Shown here: positions 52,781 to 64,000 of the stretch, piece after piece
How positions within the stretch are numbered: the first letter of the stretch is position 1
Layout: every line of letters begins with the position of its first letter
Origin: Takakia lepidozioides
Taxonomy: Eukaryota > Plantae > Bryophyta
Direction of reading: 5' to 3'
DNA length: 64,000 bases
NCBI GenBank assembly: GCA_030704615.1
Contig: CM060733.1
Location: 71,052,001 to 71,116,000, forward strand
Made by a program: the position numbers and the translations under genes
The notes under the pieces: generated by a model
Seen by the model: only the letters and a program-made list of their open reading frames with translations
What the model was told of the DNA's origin: nothing
Database searches by the model: none

Positions 52781-55700
52781 AAATCCTTGCTCGTGCCCCA
52801 CAATGGAGTCTGAGCAACCATAGTAGGCAACTCCGCCATACCATACATGTCATCCTGCTCTCCCGGAGGTGGCACATCCTCTGAATGAGCGTTGCCCTCA
52901 AGCAATTCTCTAGGCCAACTCACTGCCGCTGTGAATGCTGCTAGTGTCGGCATCTTGCCTCGCTGGGCAACCGCAACTCCTCCTATGAACGTCACAGGGA
53001 GCTGCACACGTCGGCCCTCCCCTGACTGCCATGCAGGCCTATAGGAAGCTGACTCCTCCCAAAAATCCAGGGTGAAGCCCATGGGGTACAACACTGCCCG
53101 ACCAACCAGAACATTATATGAGACCGCGTCTATCACAATGGCCTTGGCTCGCATCACTGAGCCATCTGTAGGGTGATCCGGCCGTAGTCTGATAGCCAAC
53201 TCACGCCGTGTCATGCCCCGAGCCTGCTCCGATCCTCCCAGAGACGTCTGTATCTGGAAGGACAAGGCTCCATATCCGCCTCCGTGAGGCCCAAGCCTGC
53301 AATAGCAGCTCTGCCCAGCATCAATGGCTGAGCTCCCGAGTCCAACAAGACCCGCAGTGGCCGGTACCTCTTGTTTGCCGGTCCACTCAAACAGAAAATG
53401 CCATCCTGGTTGTCTAACATGACAACTCCAGGTGTCACCATGGCGCGCTCAATGGCTGGCCTAGCTGGCAGCTCCATCAACCTGGCAGCTGCAGCTTGCC
53501 ATGGCGCCGCCGTGGCAGTCTTGACCCTCAAATCCGAGGATCCCTCCGGCACTACACCTCCTACTATCTCCGCAGAATATGAAGTAACCTCCCCACTCTC
53601 ACGGAGTGTAGCTGCCAGCCTGAACACCTCAGCTGGTCTTACCCCCGGCGTCGCAATCATGGTAGCCGAGAACAATAGAGCCTGACACACAGATGTGGCC
53701 GCTCCTAGCAGCACACTAGCTGCCGTAGCCTTGACAACACTAGGTAGTGGTGCTACCCGTGTAGCTCTCCCCAATGGCATAGTAACCTCCGCCTCGGTAA
53801 CAGTCGGGCGAGAACTAGGTGCCATGGATGGCGTCGACACTATCTCCGCCAATGTGAATGACTGAGGAAGCCTAGCCTGACGGCTTGCCTCTCCACGCTG
53901 TGGATCCAACTCCACCTCTGCACCTCGTGGCTCAGGAACTCGTGCTGCTCTTCGAGTCACGGCTGCAGCAGACTCCACATGCACTAGTGGTAGTGCTGCT
54001 CCACACATGAATCTCATGCCTCCCATATCTCCTCCCTCAGGAGCAAGAGGTGGACCATCCGGCCTTAGAGCCGGTACCACCTGAGCTGTAGCCATGGCAG
54101 CGAGCCTCTGCTCTAGCTGCTGAAGCCGGTTGGCCATGCCTTGGTCAACACCCTGACCTCCGCGTCCTTGGCCATGTTGAGCTTGCCCTTGGCCTGCACC
54201 TCGTGGCTGGTCACCTCGTCCTCTCTGGGCTGCTCCACCTCGCCCCCGGCCACCATTGTTCCCTTGGAACTAGCCTGGGCGCAACTCAGGATGCAAACCA
54301 TAACACTGGGCCTCTCCATGCCCGTGCTTGCCACAATGCCCACACTGCAACTGTGCAGGCTGTGCATGTGCGGCCCTTTGCCTCCCTCTGGGCAATCCTT
54401 TTTGACATGGGGTCCTCCACATGTCCAGCACACCACATCCGCCCGTTGTTGGCTAGCAAATGAAGGGAGAGACCCCTGCATCTGAGGTCCTCTCTGCCCT
54501 TCCCTGAGCTTCACCTAAGCCCCCTTGTTGCCTTGAGCACGTTGAGGTAGTGGTTGGCTAGGAGCACCACTACCCCGTGGTGTCTCCTTAGCAAATCCCA
54601 CCATGACCACTCGTTCCTCCACCATGTTGAGCTCTATCCGCTCTGCCAGCAAAAACACATTTGCTAAGGTGGGTTGGGCCGCTTGTAGAAGAGTTGCATC
54701 CCTCACCCTTCTCCTCAGCTCCTTGTCCAATATCCCATACCAGAATTGGACTGTCTGAGCTTCCGTAACCCCTTGGGTTACATTTATCAAGCGCCTCATG
54801 CGAGTGAAAGCCTCCCTCAAGCTCTCGGTCGGCTTTCGTTGGAACTCTTACAAGCTCCGCAACTTCTCTGTCCTCACCCCTTGGTAGTTCCCTCTCAACT
54901 CTTCGAAGAATTCCACAACAGGGTTGAAGGCAGACACGGGTACTAGTGCTGGTGCGGTAGTGGCTTGGGTGGACGTCGTAGCTACTGTACCACCATTCCC
55001 ACTAGTCCCACTGCTGCTTGCTGAAGCTGCCGGTGCAGCGGCAGTTGTAGCCACTGCCCCGTGGCTCTATGCCCTAGTGATGGAGACATAGTCAGGTGAC
55101 CAGTACATCCTCCACTCCTCGATCTCAACTCATGCCCCGCCTAAACTCATGGTAATCATCCATAGGCGGCCCTCAAGGTGCTGAAACAGCCCTTTTCATG
55201 CCATGAAAGGCGTAAATAGTTGTGGATTGCGCATTTGCTGCAAATCACACCAACTATCAAACTCTTGGATAAAATCATCCAACTCGATGGTGCCCACCGC
55301 CCCAGAGTACCTTCGTTGCCCCTTGGTAGCTCCATACATCTCCTCCATTGTGTCCCACAACAATGACAAGGAAACAACTTGCACCGCCGGTATAAGTCCC
55401 CCTGATTCACAATCCGAATCAGAACCTTCCGTAGACGACACAGGAGGTGAAGGTGGCCTAAACCGCACACCTTGTCTCGTGTACCCACTAGTATCACTAA
55501 TGCTCGAACCGGCACTGTCCCCAGCAACTAGTGGCACCTCCGTGTTGACACTCAACCGGTCATGAACATGTCCCTAACCCCCTCTCCACAAGGTAACCGG
55601 GTAGAGAACCTGTTGCGGCTTATGGTTTGGAATACTAAGTTCATAACATAGCCTACACCTGTACTTGCATGACCATGGAAATATCATGAAGATACTCCTC

Positions 55701-58661
55701 AAACCGCCCTCCACGAGCTTCAAAATTCGGCCTTCAAGACCACATGCCAGTCCTTAGGCAGTCCACCAGTGCCTACATGAGTCAGCACAGGCCGTCCACA
55801 GGTCAACACGGGCCACCACAGACCAGCACAGGCCCACACAGGCCCACACAGCTCACTGGTCACAGCCGTCACAGCCCCACACAGGCGACAGCCTGTCACA
55901 GCCCTACACAGGTCACAGGGTCACAGCCCCACAGGCCGCAGCCTGTCACAGCCCCAAAGGCCACATGTCACAGCCTGTCACAACCCATCACAACCCAAAG
56001 GCCACAAGCACAGCCTGTCACAGCCCTACAAAGGTCACAGGTCACAGCCCCAAAGGCCACAGCCTATCACAGTCCCTCACAGCCCCATAGGCCACAAGGC
56101 ACAGCCCGTCACAACCCCACAGGCCACAGGGCACAGCCTGTCCCAGCCCGTCACAGCCCGTCACAGCCCACACAGGTCACAGGGTCACAGCCCCAAAGGC
56201 ACAGCCCCCACAGCCCGTCACAGCCCCACAGGCCACAAGGCACAGCCTGTCGCAGCCCCTCACAGTCCCACAGGCCACAGGGCACAGCCTGTCACAGCCC
56301 GCCACAGCCTGTCATAGCCCTCACAACCCATCACAGCGTGTCACAGCCCGTCACGCCCCACAGGCCACAGGGCACAGCCCACCACAGCCTGTCACAACCC
56401 ATCACAGCCCCACAGGCCATAGGGCACAGCCTGTCACAGCCGCCACAGCCCATCACAGCCCATCACAGCTCGCCACAAGCCTATCACAAGCCTGTCACAG
56501 CCCCTCACAACCCGTCACAGCCCCACAGGCCACTGGGCACAGCCTGTCACAGCCCGTCACAGCCCCACAGGCCACAGGGCACAGCCTGTCAAGCCCCTCA
56601 CAGCCCGTCACAGCCCCACAGGCCACTGGGCACCCTCACAGCCCGTCACAGCTCGCCATAGCCTGTCACAGCCCGTCACAGCCCCTAGGCCACAGGGCAC
56701 AACCTGTCACAGCCCCTCCACGTACCCTCACAGCCCACAGGCCACTGGGCACAGCCTAACACAGCCCGCCACAGCCTATCATAGTCCGTCACAGCCCCAC
56801 AGGCCACATGGCACAGCCTGTCACAGGCCCCCCTCACAGCCCATCACAACCGTGTCACAACCCGTCACAACCCCACAGGCCACAGGGCACAGCCTGTCAC
56901 AGCCCCACAGGCCACTCATGACAGTTTAGCCATTTCTCCAAGGGGTTTAGCCACGCCAAACTAGGGTTTGTGTCTCTTGGACTCTAGGCTTCTTTGCACC
57001 GAGCTATGGCGGCTGTGAAGAAATCAGCAAGGTATTCTTGCTCTTTCGGCTCCCACACACCACCAATAGTAGCCCTAAGCCATGAGGAAGATGGTTGCCA
57101 CAAACCAAGCCTTCTTTCTCACTTAGACTCCCCAAACACGCTACTAAACTCAATGGCAAACAGCCAAGCCTTGGTGGTTTCCAGCCCTTGTGAGCACTCA
57201 TTCAAGCGTTTCCCTGGCCATAGCATCTGTCTTAGAGCCTACTCCAGCCCCCACACTGCCACTTCAAGAGCCATGCTCTATCTAGGCTTGAGGTTGAAAC
57301 CCCAACTCAGAATACGCTCTACAAGTGTCAGACTGTCACATAAGAGCAGATCAGCCCCTTACCTCTTCTAGTTCTCTAAAGCTTGAAAACAAAAGCCCAA
57401 TGGACTGAAGGCATGCTCCACACATGCCCCACTCTCACCACCAGAAAATCAGCCTTTTTGCTTTCTTTCTTGCACCCACCAACCTGAAAATACACGCTTC
57501 AGCGGGCTGGAAGCATGCTCCACACATGCCCTACAGGGAAACCAGCCCCTTCCTTCCTTCTTGCTTGCCCTCCAAGCTTGAAGATGGAAGCTCAATGAGC
57601 TGAATACATGCTCCACACATGCAACCTCTTCACACAAGAGGTATCAGCCCCCTATCTTGGCTCATTAGCTCCTTGATGCTCTCTAAGACACTAAGCACTC
57701 CACAGCCCTTGCCAAGCTCCTGAAACCCTAAGGCTTACATTTCCAGCCACAAGACACTCCTCTTGTGGTGCAAGAGCTCTTCTTCCAAGCTCTGAAACCC
57801 TAGGTGCACATTCTATGGCCTTGCCGCACCTCTTAGCTCCTGTTCCAACCCTGCTCTTGCCATGACAAGAGCCCTCTCAATGCTGAAGCTCGAGATTGAA
57901 ACCCAATCTCAACATACTCCACAAAGTGCACTGATTTGCCCCAAGCCAAATCAGCCCTTTCGCTTGGTCTTGCAATCCTTCACACAATGAAAGCTCGCAT
58001 TCCCAAGTCCAGTTCTCAGCTTTGTCACCAAAGCCACTATAACCTGCTTTTGACTGGTCCTCTTCCCAATCGTGCTTGCTTATGCATGTACACAATTTGA
58101 AACCATCAAGGTGCTCTGGAATTACCTGCAACATCGTGCTTTCATCTCTGAAGCTGAAGATCGAATGCCAAGGTCTACCACCTCGTAACCCACATCGCCT
58201 CCGCTTCTAACAACCAAGAGCTTCACGGTGCTCCTTGCATAACAACCTGGTTTCTCTCATTCTCAAGCAAAAACCACAAGTGCTACAACTAACTCGTATT
58301 TGGCACTCACAGATACGAACTCATCTTTCTCGAGTGATAAAGAAGAAGAATACAAGCACAAGCTCATGCGAGCTCACAAGGCTGAAGCATAAACTCATGC
58401 ATATATAACCACACCACTCAAATACAAGTCAAGCCAAGTGCACCCCACGCCATGGGGAATCCACACTACGGCGCCATAGCTAGGCGCGGTGAGGCTCAAC
58501 TCGAGAAAGATGAGCCTCCCGCGCTTGCCGTGAAGATAACCACTCCAAGGCCTAAATCTGCCTTGACCCTTGGATTGACACTTGGGCCAATCCCAAATGT
58601 CAATATGTAAAAGCTAGCTATTTCCTAGCTAGTTTCACACTAGTGGTAAAATAACTTGACA
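52781..58661 (-). mobile_element. Ty3/gypsy-type retrotransposon copy 3: 5' terminus (A repeat), long leader with tandem repeat, gag and protease; 3' truncated just before the DNMT domain
   Basis: Begins TGTCAAGTT at 58661, abutting host eIF2-gamma sequence. gag ~55555-54140 (ELDDFIQEFDSWCD, QFWYGILDKELRRRVRD, CWTCGGPHVKKDC, CGHCGKHGH..C); protease LRVLLDSGAQP. 52781-53730 is collinear with copy 1 32561-33520. Confidence 0.9.
55780..56925. repeat. ~1.1-kb low-complexity tandem array (CACAGCC / GTCACAGCC units) in copy-3 5' leader
   Basis: Dense degenerate CACAG(C/G)C units with a higher-order CACAGCCTGTCACAGCCCGTCACAGCCCCACAGGCCACAGGG pattern. Confidence 0.92.
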
Positions 58662-59029
58662 ACGCCAATGCCAAAATCTGCAAATGTGAGGATGAAAAAT
58701 GAGAATGAAATTCCATTGACACTTGCAGCTACAGCAGATTCAACCTTGCATTTCTCCTGGTAACATCACTTCCCTTATGGTTTTGATGGTTTACGTGCAT
58801 AGGGCCACGATATTCTCATGGCCACCATGCTTAATGGAGTAGCCATGATGGATAGAGCATTGCTGTTAATTGCTAGCAATAAAAGCGCCCCCAACCCCAG
58901 ACATCATAGCATCTTGCAGCTGTTGAGATCATGCAGTTGAAACACATGATCATCTTGCAAAACAAGATTGATCTCATTCAAGAAAGTATTGCAATTAACC
59001 AGCACGAAGCCATCCAAAAGTTTATTTAG
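58662..59029 (+). pseudogene. Translation initiation factor eIF2-gamma gene fragment
   Basis: ANAKICKCEDEK, then after an AG acceptor (58803) [26 protein letters not shown]...[39 protein letters not shown]. Frameshift and stops are present. Confidence 0.85.
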
Positions 59030-59586
59030 GTATTGATACACCTCAGGCCACAGTATGATATTTACAATGGTGGGAGAGGTCCACATTCTCAGTAGATTAT
59101 ATTACAAGAAAATTGCGATGTTACTACTAGCACTTACGCCTATATGGCAGTCGTATCTCCAATATATGACTACGTTACTGCATAGTTGCCAAAACCAAGT
59201 TGCATATCCCATATAGTCGTAAGTGCATGATAGTTGCGTAATCCTACACACAACTATACGGCTGTCATCATATAAGGCTAAATATCAGTCTCCTATGGCA
59301 CAACCGTGTCTCCAACGTGACACCAGCGTGTCGCCCGCGTGGCGTTTCCTATAGACATATATACAATTGAGAAACAGGGTTTTACGACTGATTTTCATGA
59401 TTAAAAAAATTTGAAATTCAAATTCAAATTCAAATTTCAAATTTTGACGGTTCAAAATTTTAAAATTCAAAAACTTGAAATGTGCGTTGACTGTTGACCG
59501 TTGACGATTGACCCCACACCATCCCACACATTATTAGACAATATAAGACCTCCGCATTTTAGCATCACTAAATCACTATACATTAA

Positions 59587-60388
59587 CCCTTAAGTTCCCA
59601 AGCGACCTGAATCGGGTCACTTTGAATTTGCAGTTCGAACAAATTTTTGCAGATCTAATCTGATGGGGCCCACTCCTGAAGCTTTAATGACAAGGGATTT
59701 GTCTCGAGTATGATGCAAAAAACAAAATTAAAAAAAAAAATCAAAAGCTACGACCTGCTAAAAATACCTTATATCTCTCATTTACGTTTTGGGGCCTGAA
59801 AAGGGCTTGTTGACCGCTGACGTGGCAGGTAAACAAGCCCAAAACAGATTGCACTCCAAAGGCCATTTTTGGCAGAAAATTAGCAATTTTGGAAAAAGCA
59901 CTTCACCTTGTGGTGTGTGAGCATTACATACACACATCCACCATTGGCTTTTAAAAAAATTGTAGAAAAAAAAGTACTTCATTTGGAGGCACATTTTCTT
60001 CTTGTCAATTTTGAGATTTCAACCCCCATGTAATTGCATGCATAGCAACCATAGGTGAAAAAATCAGTTGGACTTGCAATTTAGTGGGGTCATAGCCACT
60101 CCACTATTGATTTGGAAATGGTGGGTCTTGGGGCAAGCAAAATTGGATAAAGCTAGGTTTTGATTTGATCAAACCAATTTTTTTCTCACTTTTTCTTCGG
60201 GACCTGATATTGTGGTCCGAGCCAACGCTATAATCTCACAATTTCCACAGTGGACTTGGCTCATTTTTTGGTATGTCATGCATAAATGAGCTAGGCCCAT
60301 TGCTATAAGGCTGGAATCTCTGGATGATTTTTGATAGGTTTCTAGGGGCAATGGTAAAAAGTAAAAAAAAAGCTTGGGAATTTAAGGG
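59587..60388. mobile_element. Non-autonomous piggyBac-like element (MITE) with TTAA target-site duplication
   Basis: TTAA(59583-59586)|CCCTTAAGTTCCCAAGC ... GCTTGGGAATTTAAGGG|TTAA(60389-60392). The 17-bp TIRs match at 16/17 and have CCC...GGG termini. No coding capacity. Confidence 0.75.
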
Positions 60389-61169
60389 TTAACCAACACA
60401 CCTATTACATATATGTACACCATATAAACGGTTTGATTGTATATAACCATAACAAATCTTGAAATATAAAGCTTTTGACACGTCTAATCGCTAATCAAGC
60501 TGAACGATCATCCCATCCAACTGTCTGAATCATATCAGATAACAAAGCAGAAATTATATGCCCCTTCATTCTCCTCTATGTATAAAATTTCGAATACATT
60601 TCAAATTAAACTGTTTATATGTTAATATATTTGTATAACTTACATCTTGTACATACGAATGATAATTTGAAAAATGATAATATTTATTTTTAATTTTATG
60701 TTAGTTTATGGACAAATAAATTTTACATTTATAGATATTGGAAAAACTGTTCTTTTCTCTTAACCCGGTCATTTGCCATCTTCAAATGTTCCAAGGATTG
60801 CCCTTCTCATGTTTTACCAGTCTCTCCCCTCTCTTTCTGCAGGAGCACTTGAGGCACACATCGTGTAAGAAGGAAGTTGAGAACTTGAGGGCGATAAGAA
60901 AGAATCAGACTGTTGTCATCTGATCTATTGCTCTTGTTTTCTTACACTTTTACTGTGGGAAGAAAACAAATAAGAGAGCTAGCAAGCAGTATAGGATTTG
61001 ATATGGGCATCTTGAGATTTTGTCAAATTTCTACCATGTTAAAATCTCCAGCCATAATTCAATGATCTATTTGAGGTGACCACATTACAAGTACTGTTTA
61101 CCTGTCAAATCTTACCTGCTGCGAGACGTCTCTGGCAAAACAAGAGATGGAGAATCACATATCATCACT

Positions 61170-64000
61170 GCCACCTGGTTTCATCACCTTCCTGGTCTTC
61201 TTCTTCATCATTTGGTGCGAGGATGGAATCACAATCACACACATAAATTCACACACATTGTAACTACACAAGTAATCTAGCAACATGATTTGCAAACCTT
61301 CAGCCACACCTATCCTGCATGGGCTGATGGAAGGACTAAATTGTAACCACTACCAGTATGACCGTGCTCAAACTGCAGCTCAAAACACAACATGAACTTA
61401 CCAAGCTTGTCAATGGAGTGCATCCTACCTCAAAAAAACCGGTTCTACTGTTATCTGATCTTGGGCGGAGCTCACAGGCATCCTTCAGTGACATTCGCTT
61501 ATGTACATTACTGCCATGATGAGAGATAATCAAATAAAGAATTTAACAGAATTCCAGTGAACCAGAGCACCAAGAAATTGCTCTCTGAGCTCTCCAAGTT
61601 GGATCCCTACAAATCCACAAATTGCTCCAAATAAACCCAGGCTGCATATCTGAAGCAGTAAGTGAGACTGCTTACTGGGACTGCACTTGAGTCTTGGTCA
61701 CACTTCATACTCTGACAACTAGGTACCCGCAGGGTGATCTCACGCCTCTTATACTTCACATTTACATTCCACATATAACCTCCTACCCACATCTACAACT
61801 TGAATAACCTCCCCACCCTGTACTTGTGTCTGGCTTGCAGGAGACTAACCCTCCCAGAGTCGAATGCAGGCTTTCCACCAGAATTGCGAAATCTCTGTCC
61901 AGAAGCACACAGCCAACAACATCCCTCTTGCTGCTTGCTGGAATGCAAGTATACATTTACAGGGCTTGTTATACGAACCTATGGATCTGCCATGGTCACT
62001 TAGATAGCCTGTTCCTCACTTCTCTCAGACAGACGCCTGTCAAATGCTCCATGGGTTGTGTTATGGAGCCTGTCAAATGCCTCTACAGGAATTTGGATGG
62101 GCAAGAAGGCATAATCTCAAGCTGGGGGGGGGGAGAACCAGCTGAGAAAGCTGTAAAACTATGCAGGTGAAACTATGCAGGAAAACTTTCCAAAAATTTC
62201 AACAGTCACCAGAATCTGAATGGGTAACAGTATAAGAAGCTGCTGGCAACTACAAGGGACACCCAAAACACACAAAGAATTCCTTGTTCTACTGCAGATT
62301 CATGTTGAAGATATGTCATATCCAGTTGTACCTGATAGGATGTCTGACAGTCATCCTCCCCCAATCCCTCAAAGCCAACTTTCACAAGGCATAAAGAGAA
62401 AAATACTCACAGGGGGTGTGCAGTCTCAGCTAACTACCTTTCATGGTAGCACTTGTAACTTACTCAGCTTATGTGGTTGTTAGCCTGCTCCAACATTCGT
62501 TCTCAAAGCAAGCTGTCAATGCAGACTGCAGCTAGGCCGAGAGTATGTGTTTGTTAGCTTTTGAAAATATGAAATACTCTACTAAACTACCATCAAGGTT
62601 CAAAGGATTGGTCAATAAGACTCCAGTTTAATGGTACTGGAAAGCCCTGCCAACTTCCACCCAAAGTAACAAACAGATTAGTACTGGCCATATGCAGAAC
62701 AAAATGGCAATGATGCACTCTGGAAGCAAATGTTATATGGTGCTTACTACAGGCACGTCCTTTTACCTATACATGAAGCTTAAGTAAAGCTCTTCTCCAT
62801 GTTGAACACGGTTATCAAATATGTGCACTCTAGAGCACTACGCTAGAAAAAGATGTGATAAAAAGGCATCAAAACTGTTACAAATGAAATATACTAAGCA
62901 TGCGGCATAACATAATGAAGGTTGCAATTACAAGAAAAATAACCCCCCCCCCCCCCCCCCCCTCACCCCACACCAAAAAGAAAGGAAAAAACAAACGAAC
63001 AGAGGAAGTCATCAACCACCCAAAATGTGTGGATGCTGCTGCACTACAAGGAACACTGCCTGATGCAAGTCTGCAGAGAGCACGCAAACTACACTCACAC
63101 ACTGCCTATAGTCTTACACCCTCAACACTCTTTGCTTAAATGCCAAAGTCTGCCCGGATGCTTTCAATAACTTAGCAAGCAAGGATGCATCCATCGTGCA
63201 TGAGCTCATGCTTGTGATGTGACATACAAATGCCGAATGCCGTCTTCAAAGTATGCCATGCTTCTGCCTGAAGGAGTGCCCCTTTCTCTCTCTCATCTCT
63301 CTGAATGATGCCGATGCATATACCTTCAAGGTGGGCTCCTCACCAACCTTTGCCTCCATGCTTGAATCCCCTCCCAAGAATGCGTATGATGAGTTGATTT
63401 GCACGATTAATGCATGATATGTGGGAAAATTCATGAGATAGGAATGCTGATGCTGCTGATGGTGTGGATGCAGTCTTATGATGCCGATGATGCCATGCTT
63501 CCCTGCTTCTAGTAAGAGCTTTAAAGATGGAAAAATACATCACTTTTCTTATCTGCGACCAAACAACTCCTTCCAAGCGGCAGAGACCCCCTTCACGCAG
63601 CTTGCTGGTTACCAAGAGCAGAGGGAGCTGGAGGCAATCCATGATCTGAACCTCCATTCACATCCAGATCCGAAACAGCCACTCCTGTGGCATGATGCCC
63701 AGATCCTGTTCCTTCTCTCTTCCGTCCATATGGATTTTTGGAATACTTGCTCACAGGTTAAGGCAAAATTGAATAAAATGGATTCCTTAAGATACATGAC
63801 ATTAGTGAAAGATGAAAAAGAAATGAAGCTAAACAAACCTTCAATTTCAAAAGGCTTGTGTGTGAGGATATTGTATTCTCATTCCACCCCTGTCTGAAGT
63901 CGTAAGAACAGCCCCTTGCAAATTTGAGTGAACTGCCATAGCACTGTTTACATCCTGCATATATACATTTCCCCTTCTCTTACTTCCAAGTTACTACCAC
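61170..64000 (-). other. Probable 3' part of an unidentified spliced gene or pseudogene
   Basis: AG...GT-bounded exon-like blocks (e.g. 61792-61676 MWVGGYMWNVNVKYKRREITLRVPSCQSMKC; ~61510-61428 NVHKRMSLKDACELRPRSDNSRTGFFE). I could not recognise a family or close a full frame. Confidence 0.3.

Noticed and set aside
55744-56661. 305-aa Pro/His/Gln/Thr-rich ORF
   Set aside because: By-product of the stop-poor CACAGCC tandem array, antisense to the retroelement.
58460-58480. TGGCGCCGT on the minus strand as a tRNA primer-binding site of copy 3
   Set aside because: It is not preceded by an LTR-ending CA, lies inside repeat A, and is not conserved in the copy-1 A repeat. Not fully excluded.
27031-58661. 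Copies 1 and 3 as two halves of one interrupted element
   Set aside because: They overlap by ~1 kb of diverged protease-region sequence, and their flanks (TGCTT vs ACGCC) give no TSD.
59290-60760. hAT-like element surrounding the TTAA MITE
   Set aside because: CGTGTC-type motifs at the left are suggestive, but I could not find paired TIRs or an 8-bp TSD.

Overview
Eukaryotic nuclear DNA from a plant, most likely a non-seed land plant (PLS-PPR/DYW style, ACS10/12-like gene). It falls into two parts. (1) 1-26.5 kb: the end of a CACTA-like DNA transposon, then three intact spliced + strand genes: RPS23/uS12, an NF-X1-type zinc-finger gene (NFXL2-like) and an ACS10/12-like PLP enzyme. The NFXL2-like and ACS-like introns carry about eight pieces of an RTE/RTEX-like LINE at (CT)n tracts. 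(2) 27-64 kb: three degenerate copies of one unusual Ty3/gypsy-type retrotransposon family with domain order gag(2 zinc knuckles)-protease-DNMT3-like C5 cytosine methyltransferase-RT-RNaseH-integrase-PHD finger. Its termini look like split direct repeats (A...B-A-B, B = 85 bp) rather than ordinary LTRs. Between the copies is a scrambled mosaic of PLS-PPR/DYW pseudogene pieces (some fused to OSB-type PDF ssDNA-binding motifs), L1, OTU-protease and SEN1-like helicase fragments. An eIF2-gamma fragment and a TTAA-flanked piggyBac-like MITE follow. The best candidate novel system is the retrotransposon carrying its own DNA-methylation writer and chromatin reader. All calls were made by eye, with no database searches.
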